Shown here piece after piece: positions 47,084 to 55,265 of a stretch of 64,000 nucleotides of DNA. The stretch is from NCBI GenBank assembly GCA_009779975.1, contig WRAY01000012.1, positions 1 through 64,000 on the forward strand. Reading direction: 5' to 3'. How positions within the stretch are numbered: the first letter of the stretch is position 1; every line of letters starts with the position of its first letter. This DNA comes from Bacillota bacterium (lineage in GTDB: Bacteria > Bacillota > Clostridia > Christensenellales > Pumilibacteraceae). Below the pieces are notes generated by a model. The model made no database searches. It was given only the letters and a program-made list of their open reading frames with translations, and was not told the DNA's origin. The translations under genes were made by a program, and so were the position numbers.

Positions 47084-48616
47084 ATGCTTTCAATAATAAA
47101 ATCCTTCGCCCTCAACGGCATAGACGGCTATGAAGTTAAGGTTGAAGTTGATATTCACTCGGGGCTTCCCGGATTTGAAATAACAGGACTAGGGGATAAG
47201 GCGGTCAAGGAGTCAAAAGAGCGCGTCAAAAGTGCTGTCAAAAATTCAGGATATTTACTTGCTCCAAAAGATGTGACTGTCAATTTAAGTCCTGCCGATA
47301 TCAAAAAAGAAGGCTCACACTTTGACTTGCCTATTGCCATGGGACTGCTTTGTGCAACCGGACAAGTCCTTGCAAAATTAGCAAAAGAGTATGCATTTGC
47401 CGGAGAACTTTCCCTTGACGGAACGCTTAGTCGTGTCAAGGGAATTTTGTCAATGCTGACAGCGGCAAGAAATGCCGGCATAAAAAAAGTAATCTGTCCA
47501 AAATCAAATGCGCCTGAAGCATGTTATATTGACGGCGTTGAAGTTTATGCTTTTGAAAATTTAAGAGATATTTGCGACCATATCAGCGGTGAGAAAACAA
47601 TTTGTCCGATTGAACACAAAGAAATTTCAACAATATCCAAAAATACTTCCTATGATGAGGACTTCAAATTTGTTAAAGGGCAAACATTCGCAAAAAGAGC
47701 ATTAGAAATCGCAGCGGCAGGCGGACACAACATTCTGCTCATAGGGCCTCCCGGCGGCGGAAAAACAATGCTTGCAAAATGTATTCCGTCGATACTTCCC
47801 GAGATGACTGCAAGAGAATGTTTGGAAACAACAAAAATACACAGCATTTCAAACAAAGCGGACGAGTTCAAAGGTATCATAACAAATCGCCCATTTAGAA
47901 CTCCTCATCACACTTCATCACGCATAGCACTGGTCGGCGGAGGAACGGCGGCGCTTCCGGGTGAAATTTCACTAGCCCATAACGGTGTTTTGTTCTTGGA
48001 CGAATTTTTAGAATACGCAAGAGGAACATTAGAGATTTTAAGGCAGCCTTTAGAGAGTAAAACCGTTGCGGTGGCAAGAGCGATGAGAACAATAACATAT
48101 CCGGCGGATTTCATGTTAGTTGCGAGCATGAATCCATGCCCATGCGGACATTACGGCTCAAAAGTGAACGAGTGCAAATGCAACCCCGGAATGATTCAAA
48201 AATATATGGGAAGGTTATCGGGACCAATGCTTGACAGGATTGATTTGCATATTGAAGTAGACGCTGTAACCTATGATGAGTTGTCGGATAGCAATGAGAG
48301 TGAAAATAGTGCTTCAATAAAGAAGCGTGTGAATGCAACAAGAGTTGTTCAACAAAAAAGATTTGAAGGCGAGGAATACCTGTGCAACGCCTCAATGAGC
48401 CACTCTTCTTTAAAAAAATATTGCACTCTTGATGAAAAATCCGAAGAACTGTTAAGAAGAGTTTTTGAAAAACTGGGACTTAGCGCAAGAGCATATTCAC
48501 GCATTTTAAAAGTAGCAAGAACGATAGCAGATTTAGCAGGTATGGAAAACATCGAGTTTTCGCATGTTGCGGAAGCGATTAGTTATCGGAGTTTGGATAG
48601 GGCTTATTGGAAATAA
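47084..48616 (+). CDS. comM: YifB/ComM-family Mg-chelatase-like AAA+ ATPase
   Basis: MLSIIKSFALNGIDGYEVKVEVDI... Walker A LLIGPPGGGKTM. C-terminal Mg-chelatase subunit ChlI domain. Confidence 0.8.
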   Translation: MLSIIKSFALNGIDGYEVKVEVDIHSGLPGFEITGLGDKAVKESKERVKSAVKNSGYLLAPKDVTVNLSPADIKKEGSHFDLPIAMGLLCATGQVLAKLAKEYAFAGELSLDGTLSRVKGILSMLTAARNAGIKKVICPKSNAPEACYIDGVEVYAFENLRDICDHISGEKTICPIEHKEISTISKNTSYDEDFKFVKGQTFAKRALEIAAAGGHNILLIGPPGGGKTMLAKCIPSILPEMTARECLETTKIHSISNKADEFKGIITNRPFRTPHHTSSRIALVGGGTAALPGEISLAHNGVLFLDEFLEYARGTLEILRQPLESKTVAVARAMRTITYPADFMLVASMNPCPCGHYGSKVNECKCNPGMIQKYMGRLSGPMLDRIDLHIEVDAVTYDELSDSNESENSASIKKRVNATRVVQQKRFEGEEYLCNASMSHSSLKKYCTLDEKSEELLRRVFEKLGLSARAYSRILKVARTIADLAGMENIEFSHVAEAISYRSLDRAYWK

Positions 48617-48620
48617 CAGT

Positions 48621-48706
48621 AAACTACAATTTACAGTTTGCAAAGGACAAATGAGGTCAAATTAACTTATCGATATTTGTTATTTGTCCACTGTAATTTG
48701 TAATTT
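48621..48706. repeat. intercistronic hairpin element, family C
   Basis: AAACTACAATTTACAGTTTGCAAAGGACAAATGA ... TTATTTGTCCACTGTAATTTGTAATTT. It creates the spurious ORF start MSTVICNL. Confidence 0.6.
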
Positions 48707-48793
48707 AAATAAAAATCATGATTTTAACAAAAGAAAACCTCTATTTTTATCTTTACATCATCTGGAATTTCCGCCAAAAAACAAAACGAACTT

Positions 48794-49795
48794 TTGGATA
48801 ATTTTTCAATTGAAGAAATTTATGATAGAGTTGGAAGTGACTCAAAACTTCATGAATTTGTTGGCGACACCTCTTATCAAAAACTTATTGAAAACAAAAG
48901 GACATGGGAAAAAAAGTTAGACAGGGTCTATGAAAGCGGAATAAATTTTATAACAAGAGAAAGTGAAAAATATCCCGAAAACCTTAAACAAACTGAAATA
49001 AATCCGCCGATATTGTTATACTACAAAGGCGACATTGATCTCTTGAAAAAAACAATAGTCGCAATTGTCGGAACAAGGTTTTGCTCGGAATACGGAAAAA
49101 ATGTGACAAAGCGATTTGCGAGGGAATTGTCGAATTATTCAATATGTGTCGCCTCAGGTCTTGCCTATGGCGTTGACGCATTCGCTCATGAAGCAGTGAT
49201 GAAAGCGGGAGGAAAGACAATAGCAGTCTTAGCAAGCGGACTAAATAAGCCCTCGCCCAGCGGCAATGTCAAACTATTTCATGAAATTGAAAAATCAGGG
49301 TTGGCACTTAGTGAGTATTTTCCCGACGATGAAGCGCAAAAATACACCTTTCCGGAACGCAACCGAATTGTCGCAGGAGTATCAACAGCAACAATAGTCA
49401 CCGAAGCCCCACTTAAAAGCGGAGCGTTAATCACTGCAAACATTGCAGCAGAAATAGGGCGGGAAGTGTTTAGTGTGCCGGGGTCAATACTTAGCGGAAA
49501 AAGTGAGGGAACTAACTCACTTATTAAAAACGGAGCCGCTGTTTTGACCGATATAATGGACATAATTCACTATTTAAAGACAAGTGATGTGAAAATAAAA
49601 CAAACTTGTGTTGCAATTTCGCTAGACTTCTTGGAAGAAAAGGTATATACTCTTTTGAAAGAAGAACCCCTATCAATTGAAGAACTGGTCGATAAAAGTA
49701 AAATTGAACTATCAGAACTTTTTGTCATAATGTTGTCAATGGAAGTGAAAGGGGTTGTGACGAAAGGAGTGGGGAATAAATACACAGTTATTTAG
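48794..49795 (+). CDS. dprA: DNA processing protein DprA (Smf)
   Basis: IVAIVGTRFCSEYGKNVTKRFARELS...GLAYGVDAFAHEAVMKAGGKTIAVLASGL...RNRIVAGVSTATIVTEA is the DprA Rossmann-like domain. Probable TTG start. Confidence 0.8.
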   Translation: MDNFSIEEIYDRVGSDSKLHEFVGDTSYQKLIENKRTWEKKLDRVYESGINFITRESEKYPENLKQTEINPPILLYYKGDIDLLKKTIVAIVGTRFCSEYGKNVTKRFARELSNYSICVASGLAYGVDAFAHEAVMKAGGKTIAVLASGLNKPSPSGNVKLFHEIEKSGLALSEYFPDDEAQKYTFPERNRIVAGVSTATIVTEAPLKSGALITANIAAEIGREVFSVPGSILSGKSEGTNSLIKNGAAVLTDIMDIIHYLKTSDVKIKQTCVAISLDFLEEKVYTLLKEEPLSIEELVDKSKIELSELFVIMLSMEVKGVVTKGVGNKYTVI

Positions 49796-49903
49796 TGGTT
49801 GGTGGTCGGTTAACGGTGGTCAGTGAAGGTTGAGATATTTTTATATGCGTCTAAAAAATAATTTGACAATCACTGACCACCGTTAACCGACCACCAACCA
49901 CTA
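49793..49903. repeat. perfect 34-bp inverted repeat, family B (TAGTGGTTGGTGGTCGGTTAACGGTGGTCAGTGA ... TCACTGACCACCGTTAACCGACCACCAACCACTA)
   Basis: The arms are exact reverse complements across a 43-nt loop. The element overlaps the dprA stop codon. Confidence 0.75.
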
Positions 49904-49927
49904 AAACGAAAGTTTTGGAGAAGAACC

Positions 49928-52237
49928 ATGAAACTCATTATTATCGAGGGTGCAGGAAAAAAAGAGACAATAGAAAAGTATTTGGGAAGCGAATACAAAG
50001 TATTTGCGACAAAGGGTCACATCAGAGATTTGCCTGTGAACCGCCTTTCTGTTGATGTTAAAAACAATTTTGAGCCGAAATACGATGTCCTAAAAGATAA
50101 ATCAGACATAGTTAACGCCATGAAGACAATGGCGAAAAAGGCAAGTGAAATATATCTTGCAACCGACCCCGACAGAGAAGGCGAGGCAATTTCTTGGCAT
50201 GTTGCACATTTATTGAACATTGACGAGGAGGAAAGTGTCCGCATAGTTTTTAATGAAATTTCAAAAAAAGCAGTTCAAAATGCTCTAACTTCTCCTCGCC
50301 AAATCGACATTAATTTGGTCGATGCTCAACAAGCAAGAAGAGTATTGGACAGGCTGGTGGGCTATAAAGTTTCACCGGTTCTTTGCAAAAAAATTCAAAA
50401 CAAACTATCAGCAGGAAGAGTCCAGTCAGTCACGCTCAAACTGGTAGTTGACAGAGAAAGAGAAATCAGAGCCTTTAAGCCCGAAGAATATTGGCCGTTC
50501 TTTTCAATACTTAGTAAAGAAAATGAAGAACAAAAAATAAAAGCGCAACTTATTTCACATCTTGATCAAAAGTATAAATTAACAAATGCCGAGATGGTCG
50601 AGAAAGCAAAAAGCGAACTGGACGGAAAAGAGTATCGTGTCACCAAAGTCAAAAAAAGCATAACAAAATCTCGTCCGCCTGCACCTTTTGTCACTAGCAC
50701 CATGCAGCAAGACGCCCTAAATAAACTTGGATGGAACTTGAAAAAAACTTCGCTCATTGCTCAAAATCTTTATGAAGGAATTGAAATTAAAGGCGAGGGC
50801 AAAGTAGCATTAGTCACCTATATCAGAACTGACTCAACAAGGGTTTCTCCCGATGCTCAAAAAGAGGCAAGAGAATATGTCGCTCAAAAATTCGGAGATA
50901 AATTCATCCCGGAAAAACCAAACTTTTTTGCCTCAAAAAAAGGGGCTCAAGACGCCCACGAAGCAATTCGCCCTATCAATATTATCCGCACTCCCGACTC
51001 TCTAAAAGACAGTATTTCAAAAGACCACTATGCTCTCTATAAATTGATATACTCAAGATTTTTAGCCTCTCAAATGTCTGACGCTGAGTATAACTCAATG
51101 AGCGTCGACATTGCTTGCGGAGACTATGGTTTCAGGGTAAGCGGAAGAACGCTGTTATTTGCAGGCTTCACAGCAGTCTATAGTGCCTATGTCGAGAAAA
51201 AAGAGGACGAAGATGATGAAGACAAAAACATTTTACCCGACATGAAAGAGGGCGAAATTCTAAACTTCATTGAATATGTCTATGAGCAAAAATTCACTCG
51301 TCCTCCTGCAAGATACACCGAAGCAAGTCTGGTCAAAGCAATGGAAGAAAAGGGAATTGGCAGACCCGCAACCTACACACCGACTGTTGCCTTGCTGTTT
51401 TCAAGGGAATACACTCAAAAAGAAGGTCGCTACATTCTTCCGACAGAACTCGGCGAAAAAGTGACAGATATGCTGGTGAAATATTTTGAAGATATAATGG
51501 ATATCACATTCACCGCTCAAATGGAAGAAAAACTCGACACAATCGAGGACGGAGGAGTTGTCTGGCAATCGGTCGTTGGAAATTTCTACGAAGGATTTGA
51601 AGACAAAATTAAAAACGCTATGGGAGATGACTACACACTAAAAGAGCCCGACGAGGACACCGACATCAAGTGCGAAGAGTGCGGAGAAATGATGGTCAAA
51701 AAAACCGGAAGATTCGGAAAGTTCATCGCATGCCCTGGTTTTCCGAAATGTAAAAACATCAAAAACATTGACGAAAACGGCAACTTGGTTGCAAAAGGTG
51801 AAAAAGCCTCCCCGCAACTCAGTGAAGAAACCTGTGAAAAATGCGGAAAACAATTTGCAATAAAAAAAGGTAAATACGGCAACTTCCTCGGTTGCAGCGG
51901 TTATCCAGACTGCAAAAACATAAAAAAAATTCCAAAAGGAAATAAACCCGATAATGCCGCAAGCGGCAGAGAAGACGGTATAGATTCATTAGAACCCCCG
52001 CCAATATTGAATGTAGAGCCTGCAGGGGACTCCGCCATTGGTGTCCCGCAAACTGACAGTGTTAATAATGGGACGCTGATAGCGGCGTCTTCTGCAAATA
52101 ATACTCCAAACCCCAATGCCGAAAAATGCGAAAAATGCGGCAGTGATTTTGCCGAACGCAAAGGCAAATTCGGTACATTCCTAGGCTGCACAGGCTACCC
52201 GGATTGCAAAAACATAAAGAAGATGCCGAAGAAATAA
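49928..52237 (+). CDS. topA: DNA topoisomerase I with three C-terminal zinc ribbons and a repeat-derived insertion before the third ribbon
   Basis: TOPRIM N-terminus MKLIIIEGAGKKETIEKYLGSEYKVFATKGHIRDLP. Three CxxCG....GKFGxFxxCxGxPxCKNIK ribbons. The REP-like DNA CTGCAGGGGACTCCGCCATTGGTGTCCCGCAAA at 52021-52052 encodes EPAGDSAIGVPQT. Confidence 0.85.
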   Translation: MKLIIIEGAGKKETIEKYLGSEYKVFATKGHIRDLPVNRLSVDVKNNFEPKYDVLKDKSDIVNAMKTMAKKASEIYLATDPDREGEAISWHVAHLLNIDEEESVRIVFNEISKKAVQNALTSPRQIDINLVDAQQARRVLDRLVGYKVSPVLCKKIQNKLSAGRVQSVTLKLVVDREREIRAFKPEEYWPFFSILSKENEEQKIKAQLISHLDQKYKLTNAEMVEKAKSELDGKEYRVTKVKKSITKSRPPAPFVTSTMQQDALNKLGWNLKKTSLIAQNLYEGIEIKGEGKVALVTYIRTDSTRVSPDAQKEAREYVAQKFGDKFIPEKPNFFASKKGAQDAHEAIRPINIIRTPDSLKDSISKDHYALYKLIYSRFLASQMSDAEYNSMSVDIACGDYGFRVSGRTLLFAGFTAVYSAYVEKKEDEDDEDKNILPDMKEGEILNFIEYVYEQKFTRPPARYTEASLVKAMEEKGIGRPATYTPTVALLFSREYTQKEGRYILPTELGEKVTDMLVKYFEDIMDITFTAQMEEKLDTIEDGGVVWQSVVGNFYEGFEDKIKNAMGDDYTLKEPDEDTDIKCEECGEMMVKKTGRFGKFIACPGFPKCKNIKNIDENGNLVAKGEKASPQLSEETCEKCGKQFAIKKGKYGNFLGCSGYPDCKNIKKIPKGNKPDNAASGREDGIDSLEPPPILNVEPAGDSAIGVPQTDSVNNGTLIAASSANNTPNPNAEKCEKCGSDFAERKGKFGTFLGCTGYPDCKNIKKMPKK

Positions 52238-52244
52238 TAATATT

Positions 52245-52336
52245 GTGCGGGCGGTTAATACCCGCCCCTACAACTATTTTGTCACTTTCTATCTAGCAAA
52301 AATCAAATTGTAGGAGCGGGCATTGACCGCCCGCAC
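52245..52336. repeat. pair of REP-like GC-rich palindromes in opposite orientation (GTGCGGGCGGTTAATACCCGCCCCTAC ... GTAGGAGCGGGCATTGACCGCCCGCAC)
   Basis: Two about 27-bp hairpin units lie 38 bp apart at the 5' edge of a RAYT remnant. Confidence 0.7.
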
Positions 52337-52690
52337 ATTAAATTATCTAGCACGGGAAAAATTATAGAAAATGAAATACAAAATTTAACGAATGTATATG
52401 ACGAAGTTAATGTGGATAAATATGTTATTATGCCGAATCACATTCATTTGATAATTATTGTAGATGAAGTAAAGGGCGGGCGGCAGAATGCCGCCCCTAC
52501 ATTATCTCGAATAGTTAACCAATTTTAAAGGACAACTTCTATGAAATCAGGAAAAACGATTTGGCACAAATCATTTTATGACCATAACATCAGAGATGAA
52601 GATGATTATAGTAAAGTATGGGAATATATTGACACTAATCCCGACAAGTGGAAAGAGGATAAATATTATATCAAGGGAGAAAACCAATGA
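52272..52690 (+). pseudogene. decayed REP-associated tyrosine transposase (RAYT / IS200-like Y1 transposase), 5'-truncated and interrupted by a REP
   Basis: Pieces KLSSTGKIIENEIQNLTNVYDEVNVDKYVIMPNHIHLIII (HuH motif), a REP insertion (GGRQNAAPT), then KSGKTIWHKSFYDHNIRDEDDYSKVWEYIDTNPDKWKEDKYY (RAYT C-terminal W..F.DH.IRDE.DY....YI..NP.KW motif). The C-terminal segment is in a frame different from the HuH segment, with a stop (TAA) between them. No N-terminal Y...YHV segment. Confidence 0.6.
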
Positions 52691-52872
52691 AAACGGATAA
52701 ACAAACTTTGGAAAAAATTAGAGATTTGCTTGATGAATATTTCAACGAAATTGCAATTGCCGAAAAGAAAGGGTATCTGCAAAAAAATACGGTAACAACA
52801 TATGTTACTCATTCTGGAAATTTTGTGAAATGGTGTGCCGGAGAATTTGAGCCAGGTAAAAAAAATAAATAA
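52687..52872 (+). CDS. small hypothetical protein (61 aa)
   Basis: MKTDKQTLEKIRDLLDEYFNEIAIAEKKGYLQKNTVTTYVTHSGNFVKWCAGEFEPGKKNK. The stop lies 2 nt before the trmFO ATG. No recognisable motif. Confidence 0.3.
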   Translation: MKTDKQTLEKIRDLLDEYFNEIAIAEKKGYLQKNTVTTYVTHSGNFVKWCAGEFEPGKKNK

Positions 52873-52873
52873 C

Positions 52874-54400
52874 ATGAAACCAAACATAACAATCATCGGA
52901 GCAGGATTAGCAGGATGCGAGGCGGCATGGCAAATTGTGTCTCGCGGATTTCCTGTTGCATTAATGGATGCAAAGCCGTTAGTTTTTTCGCCCGCACACT
53001 CAAGTCCAAACTTTTGTGAATTAGTCTGTTCAAACTCACTAAAAGGCGAGGGGCTTGCAACTTCACAAGGACTACTCAAAAAAGAACTGGAAATGTTGGA
53101 TAGTTTTGTTCTCAAATGTGCAGTTGAAACGAAAGTTAAAGCAGGCGGAGCATTAGCGGTAGATCGTGAACAATTCTCTGCACTTGTCACTAAAAGGATA
53201 AAAGAACATCCGCTAATCACAATAAAAGAGGAATTAGTAACGGACATATTCGTAGGGGACACTTCGGCTACGCTCAGTGCAGGCTCTGCCCACGGCGTTC
53301 CGAAAAAAAATAACAACAATATTGTAGGGGCGGCTTTTGCACGCCCGCTGTTGGTTGCGGATAAAACAACGGGCAGCAGGTTGCTGCCCCTACAAGTTGA
53401 CACCACTCACCAACCACCGACCACAGATCACCAAACCCCAACCACCAACCACCAACCACCAATCACCATCATAGCAACAGGTCCATTAACAATCGGAAAA
53501 CTTAACGACTGTTTAAAAACCGAATTTAACAATAACCTTCATTTTTTTGATGCTGCTGCTCCCATTGTCTCATTCGATAGTATTGATATGGAAAAAGCAT
53601 TTGTTCAAGACCGCTATGACAAGGGTGACGGGAATGGTGACTATATTAACTGTCCCATGACAAAGGAAGAATATGAACTATTCCAAAAGGAACTGACAAC
53701 TGCTGAATGTGTCATCAAAAAAGAATTTGAAACAAAAGATTTGTTCTCCGGCTGCATGCCGATTGAAGAAATGGCGAAACGAGGTGTTGACACCATGCGG
53801 CATGGTCCGCTAAAACCGGTTGGGTTGACTTGTCCAAAAACCGAAAAACGCCCGTACGCTGTTGTTCAACTTCGCCGTGAAAACGAACGAGGCACAATGT
53901 TCAACCTTGTCGGCTTTCAAACAAATTTGAAATTCGGTGAACAAAAAAGAGTGTTCTCACTTATTCCAGCACTACAAAATGCCGAGTTCTTACGCTTTGG
54001 CGTTATGCACAGAAACTCATTCATTAATGCGCCGAAAACAATCAATCGTTTTTTCCAAACATTAAAACATCATAATATTTTCATCGCAGGACAACTTAGC
54101 GGAGTTGAGGGTTATGTTGAGAGCATAATGAGCGGACTTGTTGCAGGAATTAATGCTGTGAAGTTAATTAAGAGCAAGCCATTGTTTTGTCCCCCGAAAG
54201 GAACAATGAGCGGAGAGTTGTGCTACTATCTCGAACAACAAAACGAAAACTTCCAGCCCATGAATGCAAACTTCGGACTCTTGCCCAATCCCGAAACAAC
54301 TGCAAAGAAAATCCCAAAAGCAGAGAAGAAACTTTTGCAAAGTGAAAAGGCTTTGAAAATAATGAACGCTTCGCTGGATTCTTCGCTTTGCTCAGAATGA
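52874..54400 (+). CDS. trmFO: methylenetetrahydrofolate--tRNA-(uracil-5-)-methyltransferase TrmFO (Gid) carrying a ~72-aa in-frame repeat-derived insertion
   Basis: MKPNITIIGAGLAGCEAAWQ...CSNSL... and ...TIIATGPLT...YAVVQLRRENERGTMFNLVGFQTNLK align along B. subtilis Gid. The insertion sits between EELVTDI and TIIATGPLT. Confidence 0.85.
   Translation: MKPNITIIGAGLAGCEAAWQIVSRGFPVALMDAKPLVFSPAHSSPNFCELVCSNSLKGEGLATSQGLLKKELEMLDSFVLKCAVETKVKAGGALAVDREQFSALVTKRIKEHPLITIKEELVTDIFVGDTSATLSAGSAHGVPKKNNNNIVGAAFARPLLVADKTTGSRLLPLQVDTTHQPPTTDHQTPTTNHQPPITIIATGPLTIGKLNDCLKTEFNNNLHFFDAAAPIVSFDSIDMEKAFVQDRYDKGDGNGDYINCPMTKEEYELFQKELTTAECVIKKEFETKDLFSGCMPIEEMAKRGVDTMRHGPLKPVGLTCPKTEKRPYAVVQLRRENERGTMFNLVGFQTNLKFGEQKRVFSLIPALQNAEFLRFGVMHRNSFINAPKTINRFFQTLKHHNIFIAGQLSGVEGYVESIMSGLVAGINAVKLIKSKPLFCPPKGTMSGELCYYLEQQNENFQPMNANFGLLPNPETTAKKIPKAEKKLLQSEKALKIMNASLDSSLCSE
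53248..53465. repeat. in-frame insertion inside trmFO made of REP-like units and CACCAA heptamer repeats
   Basis: GTAGGGGACACTTCGG..., GTAGGGGCGGCTTTTGCACGCCCGC (53324-53348), GGGCAGCAGGTTGCTGCCCCTAC (53371-53393), then CACCACTCACCAACCACCGACCACAGATCACCAAACCCCAACCACCAACCACCAACCACCAATCACC. Translated as ...VGAAFARPLLVADKTTGSRLLPLQVDTTHQPPTTDHQTPTTNHQPPI with no stop. Confidence 0.7.
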
Positions 54401-54510
54401 CATTATTTTTGATAAAGCATTGTCATCCTGAACGAAGTGAAGGATCTAGCGAAGCGTAAAAAATTATCAATAATTCTGAATTTTGAATTCTGAATTCTGC
54501 ATTAAAGTAT

Positions 54511-54539
54511 TTGCTATTTAGTTGTGAGCGTGTTATAAT
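54511..54539 (+). promoter_or_regulatory. putative extended -10 promoter for hslVU
   Basis: TTGCTA, 17 nt, TG-n-TATAAT, about 30 nt upstream of the hslV RBS AGGAGAA. Confidence 0.45.
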
Positions 54540-54567
54540 AAGATGAAAATCAATCAGGAGAATCAAA

Positions 54568-55113
54568 ATGAGTAACAATAACCAACTTCACGCAACAACA
54601 ATTGTTGCGGTTAAAAAAGGCGGTAAAACCGCAATAGCAGGTGACGGACAAGTCACCATGGGGCAAAGCGTTGTGTTGAAAGGGAATGCGGTCAAAGTTC
54701 GCAGAGTATTTGATGACAAGGTTGTGACAGGCTTTGCAGGGAGTGTTGCTGACGCTTTCACACTCTCGGAACGCTTTGAAGAAATGCTCCACAAACATAA
54801 CGGGAACTTAACAAGAAGTGCAGTCGCTCTCGCACAACTGTGGCGAGGCGACAAAATATTAAGGCATCTTGAAGCAATGCTAATCGTAGCGGATGCAAAT
54901 GAACTCTTAATTCTTTCCGGAATGGGCGATGTCATTGAGCCTGAAAACGGAGTTTGTGCTATTGGAAGCGGCGGAAACTATGCACTGTCAGCAGCGAGAG
55001 CATTGGTTGAAAACACAAAAATGAGCGCAAAGGACATAGCCCTTGCTGCAATGAAAGTAGCAGGCGACATCTGCGTTTTCACGAACAAGAATATTGTAGT
55101 GGAAGAAGTTTAA
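54568..55113 (+). CDS. hslV: ATP-dependent protease subunit HslV
   Basis: [24 protein letters not shown]...[12 protein letters not shown]...[15 protein letters not shown]-terminal Thr active site after Met removal. Confidence 0.9.
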   Translation: MSNNNQLHATTIVAVKKGGKTAIAGDGQVTMGQSVVLKGNAVKVRRVFDDKVVTGFAGSVADAFTLSERFEEMLHKHNGNLTRSAVALAQLWRGDKILRHLEAMLIVADANELLILSGMGDVIEPENGVCAIGSGGNYALSAARALVENTKMSAKDIALAAMKVAGDICVFTNKNIVVEEV

Positions 55114-55117
55114 TTTT

Positions 55118-55206
55118 TAGTGATTAGTGGCTAGTGGTTGGTGATTGGTGATGGATAAATTAAAAATTCAACTATCACAAATCACAAATCACCGACCACT
55201 AGTTAC
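55118..55206. repeat. hairpin element, family B
   Basis: AGTGATTAGTGGCTAGTGGTTGGTGATTGGTGATGG-loop-ATCACAAATCACAAATCACCGACCACTAGTTACT between hslV and hslU. Confidence 0.55.
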
Positions 55207-55265
55207 TGAAACTATTTAAAGAAAATTTTTGCATTACTTAATAATGCATCATGGAGAGAAAAACA

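Noticed and set aside
48684-48920. Recurrent ORF start MSTVICNL at 48684, 58848 and 61538
   Set aside because: The identical N-terminal peptides are translations of the family-C repeat arm (TTGTCCACTGTAATTTGTAATTT). The real genes (dprA, glyA, iscU) start downstream at proper RBSs.
52666-53406. 246-aa minus-strand ORF antisense to trmFO
   Set aside because: It lies entirely within the well-supported trmFO CDS on the opposite strand. Its low-complexity translation is typical of antisense ORFs. The same applies to 786..1277(-), 1563..1880(-), 8501..8848(-), 47155..47481(-), 49279..49563(-) and 55656..56000(-).
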